From: Chrysemys picta bellii
Taxonomy: Eukaryota
Length of the DNA stretch: 64,000 nucleotides
Assembly (NCBI RefSeq): GCF_011386835.1
Contig: NC_088791.1
Span: 163,060,001 to 163,124,000, forward strand
Direction: 5' to 3'
Part shown: positions 61,951 through 64,000 of the stretch, piece after piece
Numbering within the stretch: position 1 is the first letter of the stretch
How the letters are laid out: every line of letters starts with the position of its first letter
Notes under the pieces: generated by a model
Told to the model about the DNA's origin: nothing
What the model saw: only the letters and a program-made list of their open reading frames with translations
Database searches by the model: none
Made by a program: the position numbers and the translations under genes

Positions 61951-62382
61951 GCCAGCTTGAAGGCACCGTGATAAACACAGAAGCAGTCCGTGCTTTCCCT
62001 GGCAGTGATGTGACTCTGGAATGCAGCATCCTGAGCACAGATGGGATCCACGTGACACAAACACAATGGTCAAAGATCGATGATACGCCACCCAGTAGAA
62101 TAGCTGTATATCACCCTATGTATGGCATTAGATACTTACCTTTTTCTAAGACTTCTTATAACTATTCAGTGGCTTTCAATAAGACTCCCCGCCATTGCTG
62201 GGTAGATGTTAACAAGACTCGGAGTTCCCATGATGCCGGAGCAAACCAGGTGGAATGCCAACAGTGGAGTCTACATTTGCGTAATGTTAGTCTCTCACTC
62301 AGTGGGCAGTATGAGTGTAGCTTTGCTACCTACCCATATGGGACAAAGGCTGCGGAAATTAATCTTACTATCAAGGCAGAAA
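61951..62382 (+). CDS. CD96: CD96 coding exon 2: N-terminal IgV domain (PVR/nectin family)
   Basis: Acceptor TTTTTCTGTTTCTTTTTAAG|GC, donor A|GTAAGT, phase 1 at both ends; open frame GSDVTLEC...VTQTQWSK...IAVYHPMYG...WSLHLRNVS...SGQYECSFATYPYG matches recalled CD96 D1 (GSDVNLTC, QWSK, IAVYHPQYG, WTLHLRN, SGRYEC). Confidence 0.93.
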
Positions 62383-64000
62383 GTAAGTGATATTAAGATA
62401 CCTATTGTTTTTTCGGAACACTTAGGAAAAAAACAAAAACAAGTAAATGATGTGAATATTTTTGTCTGGCTAAATTCAATTTGCTCTGTGATTCCAGATG
62501 TGCACTTGTATTGTACTGCTGCTGCCTAGAAAAGTTGCTAACTCTGGTTTAGCTGTTGTCTGACAGCCTTGCCTTACCGTATGTAAACAGTGCCTGGTGA
62601 GGAGCATAGCACAATTTAACTTATGGGCAGGAATATTGGAGCAGGTTGATGGACGGAACCAGGTGAATGGCAGGGAGGAAGGATGATGTGTGTTCATTAG
62701 GGACAATGATGATATACTGGGCAGAGAATGGTAATTGGGAAACGGGCTGGGCCATGCAGCATCCTAGGGATGGAGGACACCTGTCTTCCAAACATACTAT
62801 ACTCTGTATGTGTTGAAATTATTAGTAAAGAGACTGATCAATAGAGGGGCTGAACATCCTCAGTTCCCATAGACTGATGTGTGTGTTATTAATGCTGGGT
62901 GTCTTTGAAAACTAGGCTGCAATGTCTATGGGTAGCTAATTTCCTCAGTTGAAGGGTAGGTTTGGAAAATGGGGATTCAAACATTTTCTGAGCCAGCTCT
63001 CAAACTTGCACTATGCTTCCTAGAAACAGCTAATAAATAGTAGAAGCAAAGGCAGGGCTGGCCAACTGCATGCGAGTGGCAGTTCAGTTCATGTTGAACA
63101 GTGCTTTATTGAAGGTCAGTAGGTTTGGTATGCAGAGGTTCCAGTTTTGATTTGGATGAATTCATACCACTCCTGAGTTTGAACTAGCTCAAAAACTAAA
63201 GTCTGCTGAACTTGCCAAGTTTAATCTCTGAGCCATATGAGGTTAATGAGTTCCACCTGATTTCTGCCCAGAATCCTGAATATGATGCTTAGGAAACTTG
63301 GTCCAGTTCGCTGGGAGGTTTTGGAACCTGGCTCAAATTTCTGATTTGAATAAAAATCTGAAATCACATTAGTTTTGCCTGGTTTCAGATAACATGGAAA
63401 AAAAAGTGAAGAAATTTGTTATTTTCATTTTAGGAGGGAATTTAGTTGTTCACATCAGCTGGGTTTTCTTGGTTGCTTAAAAAAAACAACTGAAATATGT
63501 GATTTCAAGTTTTAACAAACTACAGGAATGAAACAGGGAAAATGACAGTGAGGTCTCTGATTTGCCACTGCTTGGGCGCTATATGTCGTCTTGTACTTAT
63601 TCTCCTGTGTACTGCATTCATGTGCATGCAGACCTTGAGGAGTGTTTGAAGGGTATAGGAAAGGTAAAATATAGTGATGTTTGTCCTTGCATAGGATAGA
63701 AAACAGGCACAAAACAGTACAGCAGCTGCCATTCTAAGGGCCACCTACCAGCCCCAAGGGCAAATACTGTTGACTCAGTGGCTTTAGAATTTGGCCCTAA
63801 GTTAAATCTTTTACCAAAAAGGTACATATGCTGGGATGTGCAAGCTGAAACTCAGAGTCTCCAGGTTGGAGTTGTTGCTATGATTACAGAATGTGGCTTT
63901 GAGTAGCTCACATTCGTTTTTAATTTTCATGGACTAACATCTGGGCTGACCAGTCTCAAGAAACCCATCCCCATGGACTTGCTGAAACAAACAAGGACAA

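Noticed and set aside
61968-62390. The 140-aa ORF as a standalone gene
   Set aside because: Its GTG start and TGA stop are artefacts; the true exon is 61951-62382 and the stop lies in the intron.
1-64000. CRISPR arrays, rRNA, tRNA genes, prokaryotic operons
   Set aside because: None seen. The DNA is spliced vertebrate sequence, and the tRNA-like stretches are decayed SINE heads.
57779-64000. ZBED2-like nested gene, as recalled for human CD96
   Set aside because: No BED-finger ORF in intron 1 or in the visible part of intron 2; the rest of the gene is outside the window.

Overview
AT-rich vertebrate genomic DNA, almost certainly turtle (inferred from the repeat families; species not determinable). 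About the first 57 kb is intergenic and packed with transposons: CR1, an apparently full-length RTE, Penelope-like elements (PLEs), solo LTRs, hAT and PIF/Harbinger MITEs, and MIR-like SINEs. The only protein-coding gene I can support is the 5' end of CD96 (TACTILE) on the + strand: a 61-nt signal-peptide exon (57718-57778) and a 432-nt IgV exon (61951-62382); the gene continues beyond the window. Main points for follow-up: (1) minimal hammerhead-ribozyme motifs in the PLE pseudo-LTRs; (2) four ~200-bp PLE mini-elements with 13-14-bp TSDs, three of which fold back in or at the edge of the ribozyme, one at the predicted cleavage site; (3) an extra Cys-bounded loop in CD96 IgV1; (4) a 21-bp templated copy of the CD96 5'UTR at a broken MITE end; (5) an IRF-motif cluster about 25 kb upstream of CD96. 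PLE hammerheads are a known class, so I do not claim a wholly new system. All alignments were done by eye; human CD96 comparisons are from memory and need checking.
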